From contig MU054145.1 in assembly GCA_013239625.1 (NCBI GenBank), forward strand, positions 43,680 to 107,679: DNA of 64,000 nucleotides, read 5' to 3'. Source of the stretch: Lama guanicoe (lineage: Eukaryota). The notes beneath the pieces are model-generated. The model saw only the letters and a list, made by a program, of their open reading frames with translations, made no database searches and was not told the DNA's origin. Position numbers and translations under genes: made by a program. Below, piece by piece: positions 12,296 to 24,695 of this stretch (its first letter is position 1; every line of letters begins with the position of its first letter).

Positions 12296-14942
12296 ATTTC
12301 ACCATGTAAATTTACAAGTTGTACCCACTATTTTTATTCTTCCCATGGTTCCCCTGAATATTTGACTATGCATACATAACAAATTTTCCAGAGTCTTATT
12401 TCAGTCTTCTTAAATCTTGTGTCACTAGTCACAACTTAAGGATGAGTGTACTAATATTGTAATTAATTGCATTGTAACACATTAACATTCATATTCTTTA
12501 TGTCTAATTTCTTAGCTTTAAAAGAAATTGATTTAGTACCATCATTTTACCAAGTAATGACTGACTTCAACATGCTGATTTTTGCCATATGTCCATTTTT
12601 GCTTCTTAAAAAGCAAATCCTTCTTTGGTGAGATTTAATTGCTTTAGTTTTAGATTGTAGGTGGGAAAACAATGTAGTTGATATGCTTGAGGAGATATTT
12701 CTTCTGCATGTGGAGAGGGGAATGATATTACATCAAAATACGTAATCGGAGTATTTCCTTCTCAGACAAGAAGATATTCACTGGCCTGTCTTCTCTTCAG
12801 GTTCATGAGTAAGAAAACCTGAGGCCTTTGGGAAGTATCTAAGATTTAGATTTATATCCTAAAAGCAATAAGGAGTTATTGATGGGCTTTAAGCATAGAG
12901 CAGATATGGCAATATTTGTGTTTGAAAATAGTATTGGCTTAGACTTCTGGTTTCTGGCCCAGCATGTAGGTTTGGATGTCAGTTCTCTCATTCACACAAC
13001 AAGAAAGGAGCCGAACTAAAAATCAGCAACTGTTACATCCATCAGAAAAACTGAGGTCACAGGGCAAACGCAGCCCCCAAAACTGAAGAAACAAGTGGGA
13101 AAAGACAATCACAATTTATCAGAGTAGAAGCCCAGAAGCAGAAAACTCCATGGGAGTTTTCTGATGCCCGGGGAGGGAAACCTAATCTGTAACTGATGAA
13201 TTGCTGGAGGCTCAGTGTGGACAACTTTGAAAGTTAAAAACTGCAGGGAAGTGCAGTCTTAAGGGAGCCCCATACTTTTCATGACTTTTTGAACATCAGA
13301 GAAAAAATTCCTTTGTGCCTCCAGCAGGGAGAGGAGGAAATGAAGCCATTTTAAGATATGCTGAGAGTGTTCAGTTCTTCTTAACAAGGCCCACCCTCAA
13401 GAGAAACTGTATTACCAGAGCCTGCTTGAGCTTTGCCAGGGCCTTAACAATCTGGTGGAAGGGACATACCCCAATTTAGCACCTTCTTGCCTTCCTGTCA
13501 CTCCTGGGGCATGGGTACAAAACTGAGAGGCACTTGTGAAAGTCACAGGCCAGGGCAAAGACTCATTAAAAGCCTGAGTTCTAATCATAGGAATAGAGAA
13601 CATTCCACCCCAGTCCCACACCTCACCAGCACATCATTAGGAGTCCTATATCACAACTGAAAAAAACTGTACATCTCAGACAATATTTAAGAAGTCTCCA
13701 GGGAACCCCAAGACCACAGGGGAAACAAAAACAAGGACACCAGTGGAAATTTTAGTCTCTGACACCTATTGAAATCCTTGATATATATACAAAGGTCTTG
13801 AAGAGATATTTGTACACCCATGTTGATAGCAGCATTATTCTTAATAAGCAAAAGGTACAAACAACCTAAGTGTCCATTGATGGATGAATGGATAAACTAA
13901 ATGTGATATATACATACAATGGAATATTATTCAGCCTTAAAAATGAAGGAAATTCTGGCACATGTTACCACCTGGACAAACCTTGAGGACATTATACTAA
14001 GTGAACTAAGCCAGCCACAGAAAGACAAATACTGTATGATTCAATTTATATCCACTAATATGAAATATCTAGAGTAGTCAAATTCATAGAAACAGAATGT
14101 AGAAAGGTGGTTGCTGGAGTCTGGGGTCATGAGGAGTTGTAGTTTAATGGGCATATAGTTTCGGTTTTGCAAGATGAAAAGTTCTGGAGAGTGATTGCAC
14201 AACAATGTGAATATAGTTAACATTTCTGAAGTATACACTTAAAAATCATTAAATTTGTTAATTTTATGTTACATATATTTCATCATAAAAATGTCATTGT
14301 TCAAAGATGACATGAATATGTAGAGAATAGCATAGAATTGACACAAAATAATCTCCTCGAACTAATAAATGACTAGCAAATTTGTAGGATACAAGATTAA
14401 TATACAAAAGTCAATTGCGTTCTTATACACCAACAGTGAGCAATTTGAATTAGAAATTAAAAGCATAATACCATTTATGTTTAATCCCCCAAAATGAAAT
14501 CCTTAGTTATAAATCTAACAAAATATGCACAAGGTCTATTTGAGGAAAACTACAAAACTCTGATGAAAGAAATCAGATGATTCCAAATAAATGAGAGATA
14601 TTCCGTGTGCGTGGATAGGAAGAATCCATATTATTAACATCTTTGTTCTTCTCACCTTGATTTATCTGTTCAATGCAATCTCAGTCCAAATCCCAGTTAG
14701 TTATTTGGTGTATTTTGTTTATTTGGAAGGCAAAAAACCTAGAATAATCCACACAGTATTGGAGAAGAACGAAGTTGGGCTACTGATACTAATCAATTTC
14801 AAGGCTTATCATAATGCTACAGTAATGAAGATGTTTGGTATTGGTGACAGAATAGACAAATGGGTCAATAGAATGGAACAGAGGGCCCAGAAATCGAACC
14901 TCATAAATATAGTCAGCTGATCTTTGACAAAGGAACAAAGGC

Positions 14943-16375
14943 CTGCTGGTGGGCGGGATCAGGGCCCAGGGGATCCTGGGGCTGATGCTTGCTCACTAGT
15001 GGGTGTAGCCAGGTACATGTCTAGTACCAGCCACTGGCAGGCAGAACTGAGCCTTGGAGTCTCTGATGTTGGACCACTTGAGGTTGGGGCTGAAGCCCAG
15101 GGGGTTTTGGGGCTAGGGCTGACTCACTGTTGGGTGGAGCCAGGTCCTGGGGTCTCTTCCTGCAGGGATCTCTCCCTGCAGGGCCCTTGGTGTCCTCAAG
15201 GTAGTGTTGCTGGTTGGTGGGCCAGGCTGGTTCTTGACATAGTTGGCTGTGGGGTCCAGTGTGTCCCGATCCTTGTGTCAGTCAGCTGGTGGGCAGAAAT
15301 GGGTTCTGGAGTAGCTACTTGAGGGGCCAAAGGTGTCTCAGAGCTGGTTTTGGCCTACTCCTGGGTGGGACTGGTTCCTGACAAGGTAACAAGGCAGGCT
15401 GTGGTGCCTCAGTGGTGCTGGGGCTCATGTCCACCCACTGGTGGACATGGCCAGGGCACAGGGGGTTGGTGCCTGCCCACTGGTGTGTGAGGCTGATCCC
15501 AGGGCTAGTGCCAGCCCTCTGGTTGAGGCCCAGGGAGTTCAGGGACTAGCGCCAGCTCACTGTTTGGGGGAGCTGGGCCTTGGGGTCTCTGGCTGCAGTG
15601 CCCTCTTGGTCCTGGAGCTGCTGCCTGCACACTGGTGGGTGGGGCTGTGTCCTTGCCCAGCTGGGTGCTTGGCCTGAGGCATTCCAGTACTGGTGCATAT
15701 AGGTCAGTGGGCAGGGCTGGATTCCAGTGCTAATAAGTTACAGGGAAGATTCCAAAATGGTGCTTTCCAGCACCAGTGTCCACGTGGTAAAACAAACTCC
15801 CCAAAATGACTGCCACCAGCATCTGTGACCCCAGGGTGAACTCCAGTAGCCTCCTGCCTCTCCAGAAGCTTCTCCAAGGTCAGCAGGTGGGTCTGACCCA
15901 GGCTCCTTTCAAATTACTGCTTCTGCCCTGGGTCCCAGAGCGTGTGAGATTTTGTGTGCACCCTGTAAGAGTGGAGCCCCTTTTTCCCACCAGTCATCCA
16001 GGTCTCCCCATAATAAGCCCCACTGGCCTTCAGAGCCAACTGTTCTGGGAGCTCATCTTCCTGGTACAGGACCCCTGGGCTGGGGAACTCGATGTGGGGC
16101 TCAGACCTGTTGCTCCTTGGAGAGAACCCCTGCAGTTGTAATTTTCCTCCCATTTGTGGATCCACCCACCCAGGGGGCTTTGGGTCTTGACTATACCCCC
16201 ACTTTGCCCTTCCCACCTGTCTCCAGGTGGCTCCTTCTTTATATTTTTAGTTGTAGATCTTTTCTGCTAGATTCTGGTCTTTCTCATACAGTATTCTCTG
16301 TAAATAGTTGTAATTTGGGGTATCCTTGAGAGGAGGTGAGCTCAGGATCTTCTGATTCTGCTGTCTTGGCCAAGC
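14943..16375 (-). mobile_element. Isolated GC-rich L1 5' UTR inside an older plus-strand L1
   Basis: Minus strand begins ggccaagacagcagaatcagagaagatcctgagctcacctcctctc, resembling L1 5' termini and the element end at ~58230; both flanks are plus-strand ORF2 remnants. Confidence 0.7.
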
Positions 16376-17335
16376 CAAAAATTTTGATAACTTGAACTTC
16401 ATTACAATTAAAAACTTCTGCCTGCAACACACACCATTTAAGAGAATGAAAAGACAAGTCACAGAGAGGGAGAAAATCCTTGTAAAACACGTATCACATA
16501 AAGAACTGGGATCCAAAAAACACAAAGAAATCATAGTGTTAGTGATTCCAAGTTTTTCACAATGATGCCTTTGATAATGTTTCATAGACAACATATGTAT
16601 ACACATTTTTGTCTAATAAATGGCTCTTTAAAGTACTTGATTTTGTTCTACATTTATATTAATCACATGTAGCTTCCTATCAGAGCTTCTTACTGGCATT
16701 AGATAATGCTATTGAGGGAAGTTACTTCACTTCTAAAGCAAAGAAACTTGACATTCAGTTAGACTGCCAGCAATGTACATCTCTTCACAACTTCCTTCAG
16801 TAATGCCACATTGGTGGCTTGAAATTGACCATCATAGGAGAATTTACACCACAAAATGGACAAAGGTAAATCAAATATATTTTTTGAGAGCCACTTTACT
16901 GGCACATTATTGGCCTGTGCTGTCATAATACTTGAAAGTGTATGATTTTTATTATGACTTTTGAAATAATGAAAGTAGCTTGTCAGCCTGTTATTACCTA
17001 TAAGAATCTATGGAGGTCCAGAGACTTCCAGGTTGGCCCACATAAAATCAAAGGAGTGATTTAGCTTCAACACCATGTGAGGGTGTACAATATAGTCTGA
17101 AAAGCAGCAGCCTCAGATTTAGATAGACCTTGGTCTAAGTTTTGACTCCAACACTTACAATCTCTAGGACCTTTAGAAATTTACTTTTAAAAATGAATCT
17201 TGGTTTACTTGTGTATAAAATTGGGTTAATAATTGAACCTAAATCTAGGATAGTCTTGGAGATGCAATTATTATTATTATTGGTGAAATGTGTAGTTTCT
17301 GTCACATAGAAAATGATTTAAAATGCTATTTATTG

Positions 17336-19215
17336 GGAGAGTTCTACTAGAATGGTAATACAAAGAGCCCCCCAACCTGCTCCTTAGGGAAACAAGCAAA
17401 GCTAGTGAAAAACATTTTTAAAAAGCCCCACCACTTGAAGTCTTTGGCAATTGTTTGAATGGCACATGGCAAGTGAAAAAAAATTGTTCAAGGATATTTA
17501 CCAAAACTCAGTAAGGATAGTGAGAATTTGTGGCATTTGAGCCATGACCGGTTCCCTTCCCGCAGGTCAGCGTGGTGGACGTTCCACTCTGGATGGGTGT
17601 GGGTGAGAAGAAGACAGTTCTCCCTCTGCCCTAACCTCCTCGTTAAGGGCTACTTGTGTTTGTTGAGTTGGGTCCCTCCAAATGATACGTTCAAGTCCTA
17701 GTTCCTACTACCTCTAAAAGTGACCTTGTTGGGAATTCGTCTTTGCAGGTATAATTGAGTTAGAATAAGGTCCTACTGGATTAGAGTGGGCCCTGAGTCA
17801 TCACTGTTGTCCTTATAAGAGAGGGGAGGATTATGTTGTTATATAGAGACACAGAGGAAACACACAGGGAAGAAGGCCGTGTGATGGCAAAAGCAGAGAT
17901 TGAGGTGATGCTGCTGTGAGCCAAGGGATGCCAAAGATTTCTGGCATCCATCAGAAACAAGGAAAAGACAAGGAAGGATTCCTTTCTAGAGCCTTCAGAG
18001 GGAGTGTGGCCCTGTCAGTCAGTTGCTTTCATTACTTTTAGCCTCCAGAACTGGGAGAGAATAAATTTCTGTGGTTTTAAGCCACCCAATCTGTGGTATT
18101 TTGTTATGGCAGCCCCAGGAAATTAATGTTATCTCAGCAGGAGAAGCAGGCTGCCAGCACTTCTAAGCCCCTCCAACTGCAAGATGAAGAGATTAAATTT
18201 CTGGTGAATGCAGCCCTGAGGTCAGGGGCTCAATTCCTCCTCCCAGACCCTACCCTAAGGACAGAGGCTCTATTCCAGGCACAACAGGCTGAGAATACTG
18301 GGGCCCTGATCACCCTCGTTCCGTCTCTAGTTAAACTCAATAATAAAAAGACAACCCATTAAAGTGGCCAAAGAACATGAATATACAGTTCTCCAAAGAA
18401 GATACACAACTAACTAATAAGCACGTGAAAAGATGCTCAACATCATTAGCCATGAGAGAAATGCAAATCTAAACCACAAGGAGATACTACATCACACCCA
18501 CTAGGATGGTTTTAATAAAAAAAAGACAGGTAGACAGATGATAAGTGTTAGTAAGGATGTGGGGAAATTAAAACCCTCATACACTGATGGCGGGGAGGTA
18601 AAATATTGAAGCCCCTTTGAAAAACAATCTGGCAGTTCCTCAAAGTGTTAAAAATCAAGTTACCCTATGACCCAGCAATCTTACTTTACTCCTAAAGATT
18701 TGAAGACAGTTGTGCAAACAAATATTTGTACGTGAGTGTTCATACCAGCAGTATTCACAATAGCAAAAAGGTAGAAACAGCTTAAATATCTGTTGAATAA
18801 ACAAATTGATTAATAGATAAACAAATTAATAGTATATCTATACAATGTAATGTATTTGACCGTAAAAGGGAATGAAATACTATATATGTTACAATATGGG
18901 TTAAACATGAACACATTAGGCTAAGTGAGAGAGGCTAGACACAATAGGTCATGTATTGCATGATACTATATATATGAAACATACAAAATAGGTAAATCTA
19001 CCAAATAGAAAGTAGACTAGTGGTTCCCTAGGGCTGAGGGGAATGAGAGTATTGTTAGGTGATCGCTAAGTGGTGTGGGCCTTCTTTAGGGCAATTGACA
19101 AAATTCTAAAGCTGATTGTGATGATAATGTACAACTCTCTGAATATACTAAAAGCCATTGAATTGTACACTTTAAATGGTAAATTCTATGGTATGTGAAT
19201 TGTATCTCAGTAAAG
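17336..19215 (+). mobile_element. Internally deleted old L1 (5'-like region joined at ~18330 to ORF2 C-terminus and 3' UTR), interrupted by an MLT1 LTR
   Basis: 18330-19215 has clear L1 3' motifs (aaagatgctcaacatcattag, ccctatgacccagcaat, attgtacactttaaatgg); the 5' assignment is weaker. Confidence 0.65.
17656..18129 (+). mobile_element. MaLR LTR (MLT1B/C-like)
   Basis: gtccttataagagagg, gccaagggatgccaaagatt, cctccagaactgggagagaataaatttctgtggttttaagccacc, ggcagccccaggaaattaat. Confidence 0.85.
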
Positions 19216-19286
19216 TGATGAAAATGCTATCTATTATTAGTAGTGACTTAGATTTAAGAGTGAAAATAAATTTATCTATTGAATTG

Positions 19287-19385
19287 TAATATTCAGGTGA
19301 TTGAGATTGATACATACACATACATATATATATCAATCTTGATCAATTATATATATATGTATCAATCTTGATCACCCAAATATTA
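19287..19385. repeat. 30-bp inverted repeat around a TA-rich loop
   Basis: Arms 19287-19316 and 19356-19385, 4 mismatches. Confidence 0.85.
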
Positions 19386-19689
19386 GAATATATACTTACT
19401 TGATGTTAAAACAGTCATTTTATTTTATTCTATTTTTCATTCCAGAAATATTTATTGAGCACTTAAAAGATGCAAGACAATATTTGGTCACTTTACCCTA
19501 TCCTTCAAATTTTCTTTCCTGAGGATATATTCCTTTTACAAGAAATAAAGTTCCTTAGAAGGATAGACTTTTTTGGTGGGAATAAAGTGCTGGCTAGAAG
19601 AAATGAACATAGGGTACTTAACTAATATGTTATGCTATGTTAAGGACTAAAGGAAATTAATATTGGAATAGAAGAAATATTTTTTCCAT

Positions 19690-20050
19690 TTTGTTTTTGA
19701 CGTACAATAAGCTGTATATAATTAACATATACAATTTAATGAGTTTGGAGATAAGCAAATACCCATGAAACCATCACTACAGTCTACGCCATAAACCTAT
19801 CTATCACCTCCAAAAGGTTCCCCCTGTCCTCTTATTTTTTATTATTATTATTATTATTATTTGTGATAAGAACACTTAAGATCTACCCTCTTAGAAAAAA
19901 TTTTAGTATATATTAAAGTATAAATTTTAAGTGTATATTAAAGCATATATTAAATTCTAAGTATATATAGCACTATGCTGTACAGTAATCTCTCGGACCT
20001 ATTTATCTTGCATAACAGAAATTTTGTACTCTGGTACCTCCCCTTTCTCC
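19690..20050 (-). mobile_element. L1 3' UTR fragment
   Basis: acccatgaaaccatcactac, gtgataagaacacttaagatctaccctctt, cactatgctgtacag. Confidence 0.75.
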
Positions 20051-20089
20051 CTCTTAACTTGATGCTATATTTTAACATGTCTATTTTAT

Positions 20090-20960
20090 TTATTTCTAAT
20101 GATGAGTATTTGGCATACAATGAAATTCACACATCTTAATTGTTCAAGTCTGAGTTTTGATGAATGTATATACCCATGTATTCACCACCAAAAACAAGAT
20201 GTAGAACATTTCTGTCACCCGAAGTGTTCCCTCGTGCCCCTGTCCAGTCTGTCTTCACCATCTCTCCAACACAACTACTTTCTGATTTCTATCACTATAG
20301 ATTCCTTTTTGCCTGCTCTTGACCTTCAAATAAATGGAATTATATAGTAAATATGTTTTTGTGTCTGGCTGCTTTAGCTCAATATAATATTTTTGCGATT
20401 CATCTGTGTTGCTGTGTTTTTGTCACTAGTTTCTTTTTGATGTCAACATTTGTCTATCCATTCTCCTGTTGATCGATCTTGGTTTTCTCTAGGATTGGGC
20501 TATTGTGAACAAGGCTGATATAATTATACAAATCTTTTTGTGACTTGATATTTTCATTACTCTTGGATAAAAAAGAGAAGAAACAAGGAGTGGAGTTTCT
20601 GGGTTTTAGGGCGCATAGATATTTAGTCTCCTAAGAAACTGCCAAACAGCTTTCCAAAGTTGTAGCATTTAATATATCAGCCAGCAATATATGAGAATTC
20701 CTCTTTTTCCATATCCTCACCAATTTTGTAATGTCTTTTTTCTTTAATTTTAGTTATTCTGGTGCATGTGGATGATACACTTTTATGATATTAATTTCCA
20801 CTTTTCATAGTGAATAATGGTATTAAGCATCTTTTCATATGTTTATTGGCTATGTGTATATTTTGTGAACTGTCTCTTCGAGTCTTTTGCCTGTTTTACT
20901 TTGAATTGTATGTCTTTTTATAATCTGTTTGTAGGAGTTTTTACATATTCTGGATAAGAT
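20090..20960 (-). mobile_element. Old L1 3' end fragment
   Basis: gtgtctggctgctttagctcaatata, agaaactgccaaacagctttccaaagt, gcatcttttcatatgtttattggc. Confidence 0.75.
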
Positions 20961-21229
20961 TGATATTTGTATATGAGATATCAGATATAATCCTATATTG
21001 AGCTGTTTTTACGATGCAGTAAACTATCCAGGCTAAATATATGAGAATGTATTATGTATGTTAAAAAAAACAAACAAACTGGTGAGTTAATGTCTTATGA
21101 ACAGACCAGCTGAAATGTTCATTCTTTCAAATGTAGATCCAGTGAGAGGTTATTTCCCCCCTCTGAATTAATCTTAAGCTTATAGGAGTGACTATTTCTA
21201 TCCAGGAAAGTAGTAAAACAATTTTCTCT

Positions 21230-21295
21230 AAAACGGGTTAGTTGCAAAAATAAAATAAAATAAAATAAAATAAAAAACCAAAACGGGTTAGTTGC
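21230..21295 (+). mobile_element. Body-less A-rich (AAAAT)n insert flanked by a 16-bp TSD
   Basis: aaaacgggttagttgc at 21230-21245 and 21280-21295 flanks 34 bp of aaaaataaaataaaataaaataaaataaaaaacc. Confidence 0.85.
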
Positions 21296-21879
21296 CTTGG
21301 TCTCCTCAGTCCTCCAATAACTTTCTATTGTTTTTGGCTTCAAAACGGCCTTACTTGTTAACCAAGAGGTAATCCCATCCTGAAGTTAGAAGAAGATTGT
21401 ATCATTATTGATGATTTTATAACTTATTTCCTCCTAAAATGTCTCATAAGTGGCTTTACAATGACTATATGCAATAAGAAGTAACATGGCCATTTTATGA
21501 ACTCAGCGTAAAATTGCTCGAAAATCAGTTTTAAGAGGAAAATTATTATAGCTAGAGCTAACCCTGGCAAATAAACTGTTAGGGAAAATTAAATTCCACC
21601 GGATGCAGACAATTTGGGTTAACAGTATACCTATCGGGAGGCCCCATCATCCCAGGGTGGGACATGAACCTACAATTGCCTGGTGTACTTTTTTTTAATA
21701 TCTAGTAAATACATTTGAAAATCATGTTGTTTATTCTAGGTAATACCAATTTAAATTGCTACAGTCTTCTTCTTCATCTTTCTCAAGTACAGTACCAATT
21801 TATAGGTGAAAAAGAATATTCTTTTTGAAGGAAAAAAACAGCCACTGGCAAAGAGATAGAACTAGCTTAGAAGAGGATC

Positions 21880-21919
21880 AAAAAAAAAAAAAAAAAAAAA
21901 AAAGAGAGAGAGAGAGAGA
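21880..21919. repeat. Poly(A) run followed by (AG)n
   Basis: Directly visible. Confidence 0.9.
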
Positions 21920-24054
21920 AACAAGAAAAGACATTATTACAAAATTGATTATAAATCTCCAGAACAATCTGTGTTGGTAGAACAAAAATACTTATAAGGA
22001 AGGAGGATTTCTAATGAAGTACAGGGAAGTCTGAATATTGGCATTTTTTCCTCTCTGATATATAGACAAATAAACAGACAAATAATCAAGGAACTTTATT
22101 TCCTTTTCTGCTTTTTTCATATGGAGGGTAAGTAAGGTAGAGTTTCTTTCTTTCCCAGGGCTCCCCTTGCATTCCACTCTCTTTCCAATTCTTCTCAAGA
22201 TTACTTGATGACCGTCTTCTGTCCTAAAGTGGAGATGAAAATAACTGAGGGGCAGCCAGGTAGTTCATTGGGTCTGAATCACTGGTTTCACTGAGAACAT
22301 GTAAAGTGCCAAGTGTTGAATTAATTCCCCCAGGAAATGATTTGTATAGGTGCTGGAGATTACACAGATGATGACCAGAAGTCCAGTGCTTTCTACCAGC
22401 TCAGGGTGTGTAGACACATGAGTTACTGAATCCAGTCTTCTTGGTGTAATACCTAGTTTAGGACTGCAAAAGAGAAAATATTCCCTCTGTGGTCTGTAGC
22501 AGAAGAGTAAACTGTAAGCCCCACCTACACGTGTTTGGAACAAGACCATTTCATGGATCATTCTTGCTAAAATCTTGTAAATAAACATCTGCTTTCTGAC
22601 TCCATAAAAATCTCATTGCAATGCAATAGCCACTTATTCACTGTTGGATCTTCATGTCATATCAGTGCAGAGTAGTCTAGAATAGAGCTCCTCAGGGAAG
22701 AGTAAAACTTTTCATTTGCAGACATTTAATTCTTATTTTGAAAACATTATGACTTTGGGAATACTTAATATTTTTTGTGCAATAAAATTGGTGCCCAAGA
22801 TTGTGAAAAAGTAAATACTTTACTCACTCACACCCTTCCCCATATATACTTAAAGCTTCTAAAATAATCCTAAGAACCATAGATATACAAATATACGGAT
22901 GCTACTGTGTTTTCAGGGCTTCCTCATGCTTTGTAAATTTCAATTTATAATACCATTTTGAGTGTCTTTCATCTGAATCATAAAATATTTATTTAAAAGC
23001 TCTTGATCACCAGGTGTTTCCATTTTAATTGTAGATATTGATTTGTAGTTAAACATTTCATCTCTGAATGAATAGAGGAGAGGCATGATCTGGATGTATA
23101 GAATTTAAAGAGACCATGGACAGTTTACCTACCAGGGAAGAGCTATTGGGCTCCATCTAGTGGATAAAAGAGGTAAGGTTTTTTTTTTTTTGGTTTTCTT
23201 TTTTGGTTTTTTTCACCCGGCAGAAGGAGCTAGAGGCATGTGTGAATATATTATTTACATCACCCAACAGTCCAGAAAACTAGTGATCCAAATGATGAGA
23301 GTGAGTAGTAGAGGGTTACATATAGACACAATGATATCATGCTGTGTTAGAGAAATATAACCTATTTCTTGTAATAGAGAGCATTTGGGGGTTTACCTAG
23401 CTCCAATAATTATCTTTACTCCTAGATCTTATAATTTATGAAAGAAGATATCATAAGCCATGTTCACTGTCATTTTTTCGTTGGAAAACATTGTGGGGAA
23501 ATGTACATTTCCTAAAAGCTAGGAATTAGGAAATTTGAGAAAAAAAATAAAAATTTAAGTATTTGAGAATGCCCAGAGAAGATAAATATATTTGAAAGCT
23601 AAACAAGCACTAGAATAGTTCAAAATTCAACAGGTATTAGTTGTAGCTAATATGACTTCCTGCACCTAATATGACTTACTGATAGCCAATTAAAAGATGT
23701 TGTGGAAAACATCTCACAAAAATAGAGAAGTCAGATGTTGCCACTTGACCAAGAGGAAGAAGTCAAATGATGTACTCTATTGGAAGTGCAAATCCTCAGG
23801 GCCAATTATATTAACTCTTCTTTTGCAATCTTCAAGCAGTTTTATATCATCTGTATATTATTACATAGACATTATAAACTGCTAGTTTACCGTTTCTGAG
23901 TCTATTCCTCACTTTCTTTACCATCTTCATGTGTGCTCATGTGTATCTTCCCACCTTAGATACCTATCACATTATCTTACCTGTCAAAATTATACCCGTT
24001 CTCTAAAAAGCAATGTCAAATGCTACCCCTTCTCTTTGGGTTTTTCTCATCCCC

Positions 24055-24695
24055 TGTAGCCAGTAAAAATGGCCACAAATATGTTGGCACTCCTCCCATT
24101 GAGAGGTGTGTTCTATGTACCCTCCTCTTTAATTTCTCTGAGCTCTGTGACCACTTTGACGAATTTAATTGATATAAATGACACTGTGTCAGTTTCTACA
24201 TCCAGGCTGTAAGAAGTCAACAGATTCCACTCTGAGATTTGGATTGTCACCTCTGAGATAAGCCTACTGCCATGAAAGATGTTTGACTGTCCTAAGACTA
24301 CCATGCTATAAGGAAGCCAAAATTACCCATGTGGATGGGTTGAATGGAGAGAGAGAGAGGTGGTTGGCTAGCCCTTGCTATTCAAGCTGTACCATTTCAG
24401 ATTCCAGACATGTGACTGGAGAAGTCATATAGGACATCATAGTTCCAGAGAGAACAGAAAAACCTATAGCCGGTCGCCAGAGTTGAGGTCCAGACTTAGT
24501 TACCTGTCGAGTTACCCAGGCACATTAAGCCCCTTTAGCTGAGGCATCAGTCATTGTGGAACATAGACAAGCCATCCCCACTTTATCTTGCCTCAATACT
24601 GATTCACCAGTAATCGTAAGCATAATTGAAAATTTATTGTTCTATGTCACTAACATTTAGGGTAGATTGTTATGCAGCACTTCTTAACTGGAACA
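24055..24695 (+). mobile_element. MaLR LTR (MLT1G/H-like)
   Basis: TG...CA termini; aaaatggccacaaat...cactcctcccattgagaggtg; gtagattgttatgcagca...taactggaaca. Confidence 0.75.

Larger units (their letters stand above)
7092..15929 (+). repeat. Complex local duplication/triplication (ABCD|A|DE|CDE)
   Basis: A 7092-7316 = 9762-9986; C 7359-8683 = 12297-13621; D 8684-9765 = 9988-11069 = 13622-14703; E 11070-12295 = 14704-15929; the offsets 2670, 1304, 4938 and 3634 agree with the repeated ORFs in the track. Confidence 0.95.

Noticed and set aside
11290..16329. Repeated 78-132 aa ORFs as a duplicated gene family
   Set aside because: They are chance frames in GC-rich L1 5' UTR sequence, repeated only because the DNA is duplicated
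16770..16915. Possible hAT DNA transposon fragment
   Set aside because: Only a vague resemblance at one end; family and second terminus could not be supported
21880..21925. Second tail-only insertion at the poly(A)/(AG)n run
   Set aside because: No convincing TSD, unlike 21230-21295
23647..23681. Direct repeat ctaatatgactt with 19-bp period (similar short duplications near 36711 and 48607)
   Set aside because: Two units only; ordinary slippage duplication, not an array or CRISPR
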